From positions 1 to 64,000 of the forward strand of contig JALAGF010003802.1 in assembly GCA_030167865.1 (NCBI GenBank): DNA of 64,000 nucleotides, in the 5' to 3' direction. The position numbers were made by a program, and so were the translations under genes. This document shows, piece by piece, positions 47,483 to 58,600 of this stretch. This DNA is from Craspedostauros australis (lineage: Eukaryota). The first letter of the stretch is position 1. Every line of letters starts with the position of its first letter. Below the pieces are notes generated by a model. That model made no database searches and was not told the origin of the DNA. It worked only from the letters and a program-made list of their open reading frames with translations.

Positions 47483-50400
47483 CGTGGACTGTTGATGTGT
47501 CACTCTTGTCGTGCATGACTGCATCATCGCTGCTGACTGCGACGGCTGGGCGAGATTCGGCATCGTCGCTACTGGTATCGACATCGACTGTGCTTGGCGA
47601 AGCAGCAACGGCAGTCGCGCGGTCGCCAGTGCCACTCACCTTCACCTCTGGCAAGGAAGGAGCTTCTTGAGCATCGTCTTGCTGTGGATCTTGTTGCTCA
47701 TGCTTGGGTGTCATGCGATCAGTGTACTTGTCCTTGTCCCTGTCCTCGTTCTCGTTGCCTTTGGTTCCATTCGTCTTGTCTTCATGCTCGTTGTTCTGAA
47801 TTACTGCGTGATTGTTTTCAATTGGAACAAGCAATTGGCGCACATTAGGATCACTTTGAGTACTGTCGCTGTTGTTCATGGCTTTGTTCTCGTCATCGTC
47901 ATCGTCAGCAGCAGCAGCAGCAGCATCACCAACAACAAGTACATGACTGGTTCCAACATGTAGTGGCACAGACGCCTCCTGCTCCGCCAGCTGCTGCTGT
48001 TCGACGCGATGATAAGCAGCACTGCGTTGCGTGGGCGCATCATGGAAGGAACTTACATCTGTGGTCGTGGATGGAGGTGATGCACCGAAGACGAACACGT
48101 TTGGAGTAACGATGCTGCTCGTGGGTGTTGTTTGGGATGCTTGCGTTGGAGTCGCGAACGGCCTTGGTTGCTTGTTACGTTTCGTCGGCGTCTTCTTGCG
48201 GACATTGTATCTCGTGTTGCGTCCTCTTGACGATGAGACGAAACCGGATGAGGCCATCGTGCGCGAGCTTGCTGGCGACGCTGCATCCGCCTCCGCCTTT
48301 GCCAAGGCCAGCGATGATGGCTTGTGTGCGCCGTTCTGTTTGCGCGCTGCCATTGCAAGTGATGACGGTGGACGCGCGGCGCTTTCTGCCTGCGCTGCCA
48401 TTGCCAAGGATGACGTCACTTTCTTTTGTGGCACTGGCTTCGGAGGAGGCGTGTCAGACATCATGCGTTTGCTCTGTGCCATGGCAGCCTGCGCCAACGA
48501 CGATTGTGGCGCCCGGGGCCGGCTGTATTCCGGTGGTCTGTAGTCATCGGACATGACGTTCTCCACCTCCGCCATAGCAGCCATGGCAGCAAGAGCCAAT
48601 GAAGATGGCTTGTACGAGTCCACCGTCGCAACAGATTCATCGTCCTTTGGCTTCGATTCTGTTGCTCCGGCTGCTGTCGCTGCGCCGGTTGCGGCAGGCG
48701 CCAGCGGTGCAGAGCTGGCCGCGGCGAGAGATGAAGAGACGGTCAATTTCTTGCGCTTGCTCGCATCCGGCTTGGGTGACTCCATGAGACTCTCGCTTTC
48801 CATGATGGCTGCCATCGCTGCTCTTGCCAAGGATGAACGGGGCTGTGACGCGGCTTCGTCCGACGACGGTGAAACTGAGGCTTCCGACGGAGCCTGTCTC
48901 TTCGATGACCCTTCGCGTTCGCCATCGCCACTGCGTTCTTGAGCCTGTGCCGCCGCCAGGGACGATTTCGGCTTGTCGACGCTGGTGGTGGTGCGCTCCA
49001 CCTCCACGGCGCTGGCAGCTGCCAGTGACGAAGGGCGTGCAGTTTTCTGGGATTCCTTCATGCTGCCGGGGAAGACCAGCTGCTGCTGGATGTCGGCGAG
49101 GGAAGGCATGTAAGCTGCATTTTGGTCGCTTTTGACGGTGAAGTTTTGGACCTGTCGCTTCGTGGTCTTCTTGCCGCTCTCAGTTTCCAATGACGTCATG
49201 GCGTTGGGGTCTTCTTCTCCTTCGCCTGGACCGACATTTGCAGCGTCCATGTTGTGCTCGCCACGCTGCGGCTGACTCTGATGTTCGTTTTGCTGTTGCT
49301 TTTGCTGCTGCTCGTTGTGCTGCTGTTGGCGCAATGAGGAAGGCGGTGCTTGCCTCTGTCGAGGCTGTCTCTGATTGTTCTGAGAACCAGCATAGCTGTT
49401 CTGATCGTTGTTGTTGTAGGTTTGATTGTTGCTCTGCTTGTTCTTATTCTTGTTTCGGTTGTTGTTGTTTTTCTTCTTTTGCTGTTGCTGCTTTCCGTTG
49501 TTGTTGCGATTGCGGTTGCGGCTGTTGTTGTTGGTGGTGGCGAGGCTGGGGGTCCTCGAGTAGTGTGATGCTGTGTCCGAGATGTCGCTGATGATTGAGT
49601 GTCCGCATGACATGTTGTCGTCATGATTGTTGCGTCGCCGATTGTTTCTTCGGTTGTTTCTGTTTCTTCGGTTGTTGTTGTTGTTTTTGTTGGTATTGTT
49701 GGTGTTATGGTTGTGATGGACACCGGAACTGTTGCCGTTGGTGTTGGTGTTGTTGGTGTTGCGCTGGTTGTAGTTGCCGTTGGTTTGTAGTTGGGATGGC
49801 AAGGATTGAATGATCTGGGGAGGATTGGGGATTCCGTTGTAGTTGTAGTTTGTGTGCTGCTGCTGCTGCTGCTGCTGCTGCTGCGGCGGCGGCCTTTGTT
49901 GCTTGTACTGATTGCTGGTGTTTATGCTGGCATTGGCATTGGGATTTGAGTTGCCAGCGGCGTAGGCATTTGATTGTGGACCGCCGTATGGAGCAACCTG
50001 AGCATTCCTCACGTTGTGGTTGGGGTTGTTGTTGTTGTTTCGATTTCGGTTTCGATTCCTGTTCCGATTGCGATTGTTGTTGCTTTGACGGCTGCCACCG
50101 CTCATAACGCTGGCTCCGCCTTCATTTTGGTACCCTCTTCTTTGGTTGTTGTTGTTTCCATTGTTGTTGTTGCCATTGTTGTCATTGCCGTCGTTCATGT
50201 TTCTGTTGTTGTTGTTGTTGTTGTTCCCACCATTGTTTCGATTGCGATTGTTCCTGTTGTTGCGGTTTCTGCCATTCCTGTTGTTGTTTCTGTTGCCCTC
50301 GGACTGCCCACTGATCGGCGGCTTGTTGCCGGAGTTGCCTGCCTGGCCGGGTTGTCTCTGTTGGCCACTGCCATTGTTTCCATTATTGGCATTGCCACCA

Positions 50401-50714
50401 TTGTTGACGCCGCTTCCATTGGTATGGGTATTGGCATTGCTCTGTGCATTGCCATTGCCATTGCCATTGCCATTGCCGTTGCCGTTCACATTGTTCCGAT
50501 TTCGGTTGCGATTGCGGTTCCTGTTTCGGTTTTTGTTGGTGGTGGTGGTGCCACCGTTGCCATTGCTGTTGCCATTATTGGTATTACCATTGTTGTTGTT
50601 ACGATTGCGGTTGTTGCCTCTTGATTGTGGTTTCTTCCTGGCCTTCCCTTGGTTCTGCCCATTGCCTTGACCTTGACCTTGGCCTTGACGCCTGCTTTGC
50701 GGAGCTTCGGTCAT
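46650..50714 (-). CDS. Low-complexity protein: Asn/Arg/Gln-rich N-terminus, SSLA repeats, acidic C-terminus
   Basis: 1354-aa ATG-initiated ORF with no recognisable catalytic domain. Confidence 0.7.
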
Positions 50715-51613
50715 TGTCGGTTCTGATTCTGCCTGTGGCCACGAGTGCTTCGGCGAATGTCGCTTTTGTTGTTGCTGTTGGTTGGTTGGTTGCTGTTGTG
50801 CCTCCGAGCTTGGTATAATATGATGTTATGCTTGACGCAATGATTGTGGAGATGCGTGATGTACTGATGCGGTTGCGAATTAGAACTTGCGACACTTCCG
50901 TGATTTGGCTTGGGAGCCATTCATCCGACGACGCAGAATGGTGCCAACCAACAATCAATCGACCACCAAAAGTGTCGAGCGTCAGCGATGTCTGAGGCAG
51001 TGGTTCGCAGTGGCGTTCAGTTTCTCTTGGCGTGTTTCGCACTCCTGTCGGGATCGAGTTTGATGCTGCTCCTTTGTGTGCGTGGTGTGATGATTGTCGT
51101 TCTCTTCGATCTCTGTCGCAGAGAGGCTTTTGCGAGGAGCGCACACACCAAAGGTGAGTGGTGTCGTTGCGGATGGCCCACAGAGAGGCAATGACAACAA
51201 AGAAGGAGGGAGATCCAGATTGTCGCCACACACTCCACCCTGCTCAATGAATGGAACAACTCTGGGCTGTATGCAGCGGTCTTATTTTTTGCGCCAGCAA
51301 CGACTCGCTCTCCTTCCGTTTGAGAACAAACAGTGCGCTGTTTGGTGGGAAACGACACCATCTCGTGAAGAAAGCTGTTGTGCTCGTTGCGTGACATTTT
51401 GGCGCAGCGATGTTGGATGACTTTTTCGTCCCTTTCTGGCTGATTAGTGCAGTCGCATTAGTCATAAATCAGTCTAAACATTCTACAATAGTATCCAAAA
51501 CCAAGATCTTTCCACAAACCAAACACAACCCAAACACAAACCATCACCCGACTCAGCTCAACTCAACTCGGCAGAACTCATCTACCCTCATCAAGCGCCA
51601 GGTCACAGGACAC

Positions 51614-51676
51614 AAGCAAGGAAGCAAGGAAGCAAGGAAGCAAGGAAGCAAGGAAGCAAGGAAGCAAGGAAGCAAG
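51614..51676. repeat. Tandem 8-mer (AAGCAAGG) x7 just upstream of the metaxin-like gene
   Basis: Direct reading. Confidence 0.9.
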
Positions 51677-51700
51677 CAAGCATACAGACTAACACACATC

Positions 51701-53167
51701 ATGACAGACACGGCGTTGCTGGCACAGTCGGCGCTGGCGTCATCGCTGCTGAACATGGGATGCGAACGATTCCGCGATGCACCGCGCGACACGCGACAAG
51801 GAGAAGGATGGACGGAAGCCTGGGGTGGCAAGCCGGCTGTGGAAAGCAACGACGCGGCGTGCTGGACGTTGGATGTGACGGCCGTCTCGGACATGTTGGC
51901 CACGCAGCATCCGCAGGAAGCGCTTCGGTTGGTGCAGTACCGACCAGCGTGGTTGGAGCAGCTCGTGCTGCGCATGGCCAAGGTGCCGTTCGTGGTCATC
52001 AATTCGCCGTACCTTTGCACGGAGGCCACGGGTCCGTTGCCCTACCTTCAGGATCTGCGCACGGATGGCGGCAGCAAAGCCGATATCAATGCAACGAGCA
52101 ACGCCAACAGCAGCCCAAGTGAGACGCCCCCGGTTGCAGTGGGACGCAGCCACCCCCAGCCGGCATCGTCCTTCAGCAATCAAAACTCCATCTTGGAATA
52201 CCTCAAGCAGCACCGCAAGATCGATCTGGATGCTTCGATCAAGGACGATCCAAACAAGGTCGCCAAGAGCACGCTCATCACCAACCTCGTTCAAAACGAC
52301 CTGCAACGCATCCTCGTGTATCTGCGATACGAAGATGCGGATGCATGGGACCAGGTGTACCGACCGCAATGCTACGATGCCTCGTGTCCGGCTTCCGCGA
52401 CGCGGCCATCCATCGCCGCATCTTGGTTCCGACCATCCAAGTTGGGAGGCATGTTCCAAGCCTGGTGCGAGCGATCGACCGCCCGGCACAGCATCAAGTC
52501 CGCAACGCGTGGTTGGACCGTGCCGGTTGCCTTGGACAAGGCCAAGGTGGCGTACGCGGCGTTGGAATCGCAGCTTGCATCTGATCCCGGCCGCACGCAG
52601 TTCATGCTTGGCGGATCCCAGCCCACGCTTGTGGATGCCATCCTGTGGGATCATCTCGCGCAAGCTTTGTGCGATGTGCATTTGGTGATCCTCCTGTCCT
52701 CCTATCCTCGTCTGGTCAAGTACTTTCAAACCATCCACGAGAAGTACTTCAATACGGCCTCCAAGGATCAAGAATGGAACGCGACGCAGAACAAGCTCAA
52801 CCCATTCCAGCAGCTACCCATCGGTGATCGGTACAAACGCAGATCCCAATCAAGTGACGAAGCCAAATACAAGGACGCCATTGCGTTGATGCAGGAGCTG
52901 TCGCTGCATCAGCATGACTTGCAAGAAATCCTGAATCTTGCCAAAGCGAGTCGCGACGAGATCCGCGATCCTCCGACCAAATCCTTGCTGTACCGATGGC
53001 GCATGGGTGAGGATCTGGAAAAGAGAAAGGCGACGCCGCCCACGGAGAGCAATCCGATGCGAATGAAGCTGCTGCGGGATCAGAAGCGCAACGATCAAGT
53101 GTGGATGTCGGGTGTGATGGGTATCTCCGTCTTGGCCGTGCTGCTGTTGCAGAAAGGATCTGGATGA
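51701..53167 (+). CDS. Metaxin/GST-like protein with a C-terminal membrane anchor
   Basis: TGPLPYL, ILEYLK, AYAALESQL...FMLGGSQPTLVDAILWDHLA and YPRLVKYF motifs, plus a C-terminal hydrophobic segment. Confidence 0.75.
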   Translation: MTDTALLAQSALASSLLNMGCERFRDAPRDTRQGEGWTEAWGGKPAVESNDAACWTLDVTAVSDMLATQHPQEALRLVQYRPAWLEQLVLRMAKVPFVVINSPYLCTEATGPLPYLQDLRTDGGSKADINATSNANSSPSETPPVAVGRSHPQPASSFSNQNSILEYLKQHRKIDLDASIKDDPNKVAKSTLITNLVQNDLQRILVYLRYEDADAWDQVYRPQCYDASCPASATRPSIAASWFRPSKLGGMFQAWCERSTARHSIKSATRGWTVPVALDKAKVAYAALESQLASDPGRTQFMLGGSQPTLVDAILWDHLAQALCDVHLVILLSSYPRLVKYFQTIHEKYFNTASKDQEWNATQNKLNPFQQLPIGDRYKRRSQSSDEAKYKDAIALMQELSLHQHDLQEILNLAKASRDEIRDPPTKSLLYRWRMGEDLEKRKATPPTESNPMRMKLLRDQKRNDQVWMSGVMGISVLAVLLLQKGSG

Positions 53168-53445
53168 TGGCGATGTGCTGCGCTGCGTTGATGGTCCATG
53201 GATGTTGCAGCTTGAAAATGTCCTCTCGCTGCCTCTCCACAATGAAGAGAAATGCTATATTCAAACCCTCCTCGCATACTACAAGTGCATAGGTGCCAAC
53301 TGCAACAGGATATTCCGTAGGAACCACATGACAACCCTGCTCTACCATAGCATGCAATCAGTCCCTAGTTGGTTACTAATCCTACTTGTTGTTCGCCTCG
53401 CGCACTGTTCAGTTGGTCAGTTGTCCAGTCGGTCGGTGACCACAG

Positions 53446-54462
53446 CTAGTTATCCAAATTCATCTTCTGCACACTGTCCAGAACCTTCTCTTCGTTATCC
53501 CGTCGCTTGAAGATCTTGTTGAGCTTGGTGGCCTTGCCCTTGCCGTCGGTGGGCACCAGCTTGCCGGAGTAATCGAATTCGTTGGCCTGCCGCACGGCTG
53601 GACTGATCGTGGATGTGACGGGACTGTCGTCGCAGAGACGCGGCTTGGAGGTACCGATGCGGAAGAACGCACGCTTGGCGCGCGCCTTGCCGCTGGCATC
53701 AATCTCGTCGGCACCCTCGAGACTCTGCGCAACGAAGGTGTTCATGAGTTCGCGATCGGCCTCCGTCAGTCCCTGCAGGTTGTCCTTGACAAAGTCCTCG
53801 TCGACAGGGAAGTGCCCGTCTCCCACGATCTTGTTGAGGAAGGCTGGTTTGGTGTTCCCGCCGCGTAATCTCAGAACAAGGTGCAATGTCGAATCGTCGC
53901 CGACGTCATAGTCATCCAGCGTCTTTCCATCCTGCAGCTGCTGCCCCCCAAAGATGAGGCGCTGCTGCTCCGCGGGAATGCCCTCCTTCTCCGAGATCTT
54001 GGCCTTGACTTCTTCAATCGACTCGCCTTCCTCCACTTCCACCGACACCGTCTTTCCGGTGAGCGTCTTGACGAAGAGCTGCATTCCACCGCGCAATCGC
54101 AGCACGAGGTGCAATGTGGAATCATCCCCGACATCGTAATCGTCCAGCGTCTTTCCATCCTGCAGCTGCTGTCCGCCGAAGATGAGGCGCTGCTGTTCGG
54201 CTGGAATGCCTTCCTTCTCCGAGATCTTGGCCTTGACCTCCTCTATGGATTCTCCCTCTTCCACCTCGACGGACACGGTCTTTCCGGTGAGCGTCTTGAC
54301 GAAGAGCTGCATGCCGCCGCGTGGGATGCCCATGACAGAGGCAAGGCCCATCTTGTTGGGCACGGATCGGTGGCCAACTCCTGAGAAGGACGGAAAGCCG
54401 ACGGCGGCATCTGCGGACGCCACGCTGACGGCGATCAGGAATGCTGTGGTCGTGAACTTCAT
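53446..54462 (-). CDS. Presequence-bearing tandem ubiquitin-like protein (periplastid/SELMA-type ubiquitin) with a C-terminal extension
   Basis: 50-aa signal plus transit presequence ending IPRGG, two identical 76-aa Ub units (54312-54085, 54084-53857) ending LRLRGG, and a 136-aa tail; K48->Q and K63->D. Confidence 0.88.
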   Translation of the reverse strand: MKFTTTAFLIAVSVASADAAVGFPSFSGVGHRSVPNKMGLASVMGIPRGGMQLFVKTLTGKTVSVEVEEGESIEEVKAKISEKEGIPAEQQRLIFGGQQLQDGKTLDDYDVGDDSTLHLVLRLRGGMQLFVKTLTGKTVSVEVEEGESIEEVKAKISEKEGIPAEQQRLIFGGQQLQDGKTLDDYDVGDDSTLHLVLRLRGGNTKPAFLNKIVGDGHFPVDEDFVKDNLQGLTEADRELMNTFVAQSLEGADEIDASGKARAKRAFFRIGTSKPRLCDDSPVTSTISPAVRQANEFDYSGKLVPTDGKGKATKLNKIFKRRDNEEKVLDSVQKMNLDN

Positions 54463-54466
54463 GGTG

Positions 54467-54523
54467 CTGTGCTTGGTTCTGTGCTTGGTTCTGTGCTTGG
54501 TTCTGTGCTTGGTTCTGTGCTTG
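54467..54523. repeat. Tandem 12-mer (CTGTGCTTGGTT) x4.7 immediately 5' of the ubiquitin start codon
   Basis: Direct reading. Confidence 0.9.
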
Positions 54524-55659
54524 TATGTGGATTGTGATTGATGCTTTGGTTGCAGTTGGTCCGGAGGCACTTGTTCGTTGGTGTATGAAGGAACAGAAGA
54601 GCTCCTTGTTGTGTTTGTGTTGGGGTTTTGGTGGGTTGCCTTGGGTGCGGCTGTGGCCCACGCTATCATCGTTGCGTGTGTCTCCGCGTTTGTGTTGTCG
54701 TGAAAATCTCTCAACGTGGAAGTTGATGAATGATGTCACGAATGGCCAGGAATGGACTGAATCACGATTTCCATCGATTACATCGACCGGATTCTCCTCG
54801 GACAAAAAGTACCAGTCATGGATGGCGCTGAGGTCATCCAACCAACACGAAAACGTATCCACGAGGGCACATGTTGTGACTGGCGATCTTCTTTTGTGGG
54901 CACAAGAAGAACCCAACAACCGCAAACAAGACTGGTTCGTGAGATGCAACAGGCTTCCCCTTGTTTCTTGCTTCTTGCTTCCTTGTTCGCCTCTTCTCCC
55001 TCTGTTTGGGTGTTCCGTTGTGGGTAGTTGTATCCTTGGCGAGGTTGCTCTCTCCTTGGTCTGTGTGAGTGGATAGCCGATTCGCAGAAGCTGTCTGGAT
55101 TGATGGGTGGGATGGACGCAGCTGCTGGCAATCAACGAAAACAAAGCAAAGATCAAGGCAGTAGAGAGGCAGTAGACAAGGAGACGACTTGCTTCCAGTT
55201 TAGGAGAGAGAAGGCCAGAGATCAGCCAAGCCAAGCCAAATCAACCACAACCGACCAACACAAGGGAAAGTGCAAGCACCTCGGGGTGGTACCTCTTCCA
55301 GGTGATACCTCTTCCAGGCGATACACCTCTTCCCTTCCTTGATGAGTGCACCACACAAGTCATTCCCCAGCAGCCGATTTCTCCACCTTCCATCTTCCTC
55401 AGCTCGCGGTATTCATGGGTGTTGATTTTGAAGGAGCCGTACTGCATCATATTCTATAATATTATACCACAAAGACGGCTGCTGCGCATCTCAGTTCAAA
55501 TCACATTCCGAGGGGAGGGCCTATCTGTGACAACAAGTCGAGTGGCGACGACTTAAGCCAGGCAGAAGCCAGGCCGGGCGTCGGAGATCAGACTGCCAAG
55601 TTCTGTTCGTCGTCATCATTCGGGATCAACCTCTGGCGCAAAGCAACTTGCCTTCGGCG

Positions 55660-58600
55660 ATGTCGTCCAAACCAGCACTGGCCTACGCGCACGCCGAAAG
55701 ACGACGACCGAGGAGCTTGAGGCAGCATGGTGCACCGCACAAACGCCACAGCGCCTACGAACAAACCAATGCGGATGGCAGCGACCATGCGGAGGAGGTT
55801 CTCAATGACAATGCACGCAGGAGTGATGACAGCGCGGACAGCGGCGATAACATCGAGTTCCGCGTCAAAGCCAAGCAAATGTACAGAAGGAGGTCCCTCG
55901 GTGCGCTCAGTCGGGGCGATAGTCCTGGCGCATTGGACGTCCGCAAAGCTGCCAACATCACCACCAGCAGCAGTCACAACAGAAGCAGTCACAACAGAAG
56001 CAGTCACAACAGCGGCAATTCTGGATCATCTGGATTTGTGAACACGCCGGACAAGTGGAGCGCCATCCTGCAACAGAAGAGGATGCAACGGGATGCCTCC
56101 AAACACAAGATGAATCTCGCCAATCAGCCCAAGAGCAAAAGTCCAAGCAGCATCGAACGCAAGAAGGTGACTGAATCCCCATTCCAGCAGCGGCAGCGGT
56201 ACCAACGGTCTGTGTCGCTCACTGGTGCGATGAGGCAGGCATCGGAGTCGCTTCCAGCAAGAGCACCGCCTACCGCAGCCTCCCCATCGCAGTCGCCATC
56301 ATCGTCCAGGAATTCGGCGGGCCTCAAGAAGACATGGAGGAAGAAGAAGTCCATCAGTTTGCACAAGCCGGCGTACTCGTACACCAGCGATCAATGGCAG
56401 AACACGAAGGATGGCGGTGGCAGCAACAGCAATACGAGAACTTATGGCAACGGCGAGGACACAAACGACAACAACGAAAGAGACAACAAGGATGGTGATC
56501 ACGGTCAAAGCTCAAGCAGCTTGCCCACAGGCCTTTGGTCGGGTTCTGCACATCGACACTACGTCGCGGCTCTATCGAACGCCAGCGAACATGATCAGAC
56601 GCCAATGGCTTCCCCAACTGCGACACCAAAACCATCAGCACACAAAAGCTCACTCTCCAACAATATCCCCTTCCAACGAATATCGGCGTTGGTTTCGACA
56701 TCCGTCTCGCCATCAATGTCCACGAAGAAGCCAGCTCCCAGATCATCTGTCGTCATGTCGACAGTGCCAACGCCGAAGGCCATTCGCCACAACCTGGAAA
56801 AGAGCTCCAGCGATGGGGCCTTGGACTTGACTGGAAGGCGCAGGGACACGAGGCAACGCAAATCGATGATCAGGCCTCGCAAGGAGCCTCCCGCGCACCA
56901 ACCACAAAAATCAAAGAGCAGCATCATCGTGACGTCGCCTTACAGCCTCAAGAAACGATCCTCCGCGGGTGCTCCCAATGGACAAGAAGGCGGCAGCACC
57001 CCCAAAAGCCCTGCTACGATCTCGAAGTTTGTATCGCAACGGCGCGTGCGTCCATCAAGGCGGAGTCTAAAGGAGCAGGCGTCGAAGAGCATCTCCGCAC
57101 CTGTATCGCCAATACCGTCAAAGCAACAGATGCTGACTCGGCAAATCGAAAGGAGCGGAGGCATGCCGAAACCAAGGGGGCAGACAAAAAAATCATCGAT
57201 GTCACCGTCACCATCACCGTCGCCGTCGACCCTTGCTGCCAGAAAGGCGTCATGGCAAGCTGCTGCGGCAGCCACAACAGCGACACCGAACGCATCAAAA
57301 CGATCGGTACTTTCTCCAAAGCCCAAACTCCCTCGCAGTTCCAGTGACGGTGCGATGAAACCGGTAGCTGATAGAGTGCGAGAAAAAGAATCGGCTTCAT
57401 CCACAGCGGCGAGGCGGGTGCGCCCAAAAACACCCAGCGGAGGTCGCAAGCCCAAAGCCGTGTCGGCAGATTCTCCTTTCCTGCTCGCTGATCCTCTGCA
57501 CGCTTCCAAGGTCACTGCATCTGCAACTCGGATTCCGAGAAGACTCGCCACTTCGTCTTCTTTCATGGCATCTACAGCGGTCTCAGGATCATCCTCCAAC
57601 GGCGAAAGCAAGAACGCACAGCGGATGTCGTCTTGGAAATCGCCAATTCAAACAATCACACCGCAATCCAACAAGGTGAAAGCAACGAATGGAATGAAAT
57701 CCTTGCCACCGAGCATCCCTGCATTGCAATCGCCTGCGACGCTGGTGAAACAAAGAGTCGCCGCATCAAAAGAGCGAACCTACAACAAACAAACTAGCGA
57801 CGGTGTGACAAGCAACAGCGGCAGCAGCGGTTTGCGAAGCTTCGGGACCTCACCGGCACGTGAGCAATTCCGAAGTGCGACGTCCTCGGTACATTCCTCT
57901 GTATCGATCTCGACCGACAGCTTCGAGTTCAGCAATGATGGCGACGATGATGACGATGGTGATCGCGAAGACAACAGTAGCAGCAGTAGTGGCAGCAGTC
58001 GCAGTGACAGTGACAGCAGCGACACAGACGATGACAGTGAAAGTGATAGCGACAGCAGCGATACTGACAGCGATACGAACGGTGGCAGCGACAGCGATAG
58101 CGACAGCGACGACCTCAGTTCGAGCGATGATGAGTCATCGTTGTCTGCGTCGCTCGTGGCGTCCACTGGATCACAGCACAGAACAAAACGGAAGAAGAAG
58201 ATGAAAGGTTCCGTCCATCGTGAGCATCCCAAGAGCAGCAAGAAAGGCAAGAGCAAGAATGGCGATGGGCAGAACGACCGTTCCGGTCCTGTTTCCGCTC
58301 CCACAGATCCGCAGAACGACGACCAGCCCAAACCGGTTGTGAAACAAATGTCCGAGTTCTGGAGGCGCGGTAGTCTCACGATGGGGAGTCCATCACAAAT
58401 ACTACCTGCGCTTGAATATAAGATGAAAGAGAAAGAACAGCGCAGAACATCTGCGACACAGTCGGCTGTGGCAGCAGAATCCAAAGGAGGGATGGTGGCA
58501 TCGTCATCCTCAACAGCTGAGACGGCCTCGCCAGCAACCAATGCAGTTGAGGCAGCTGCGGCCGCTGATGCTGACATAGACGCTCGGACTGGCAATCATG

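Noticed and set aside
51614-51676. Tandem repeats as a CRISPR-like or telomeric array
   Set aside because: No spacers, eukaryotic context, and the unit is not a TTAGGG-type telomere repeat.
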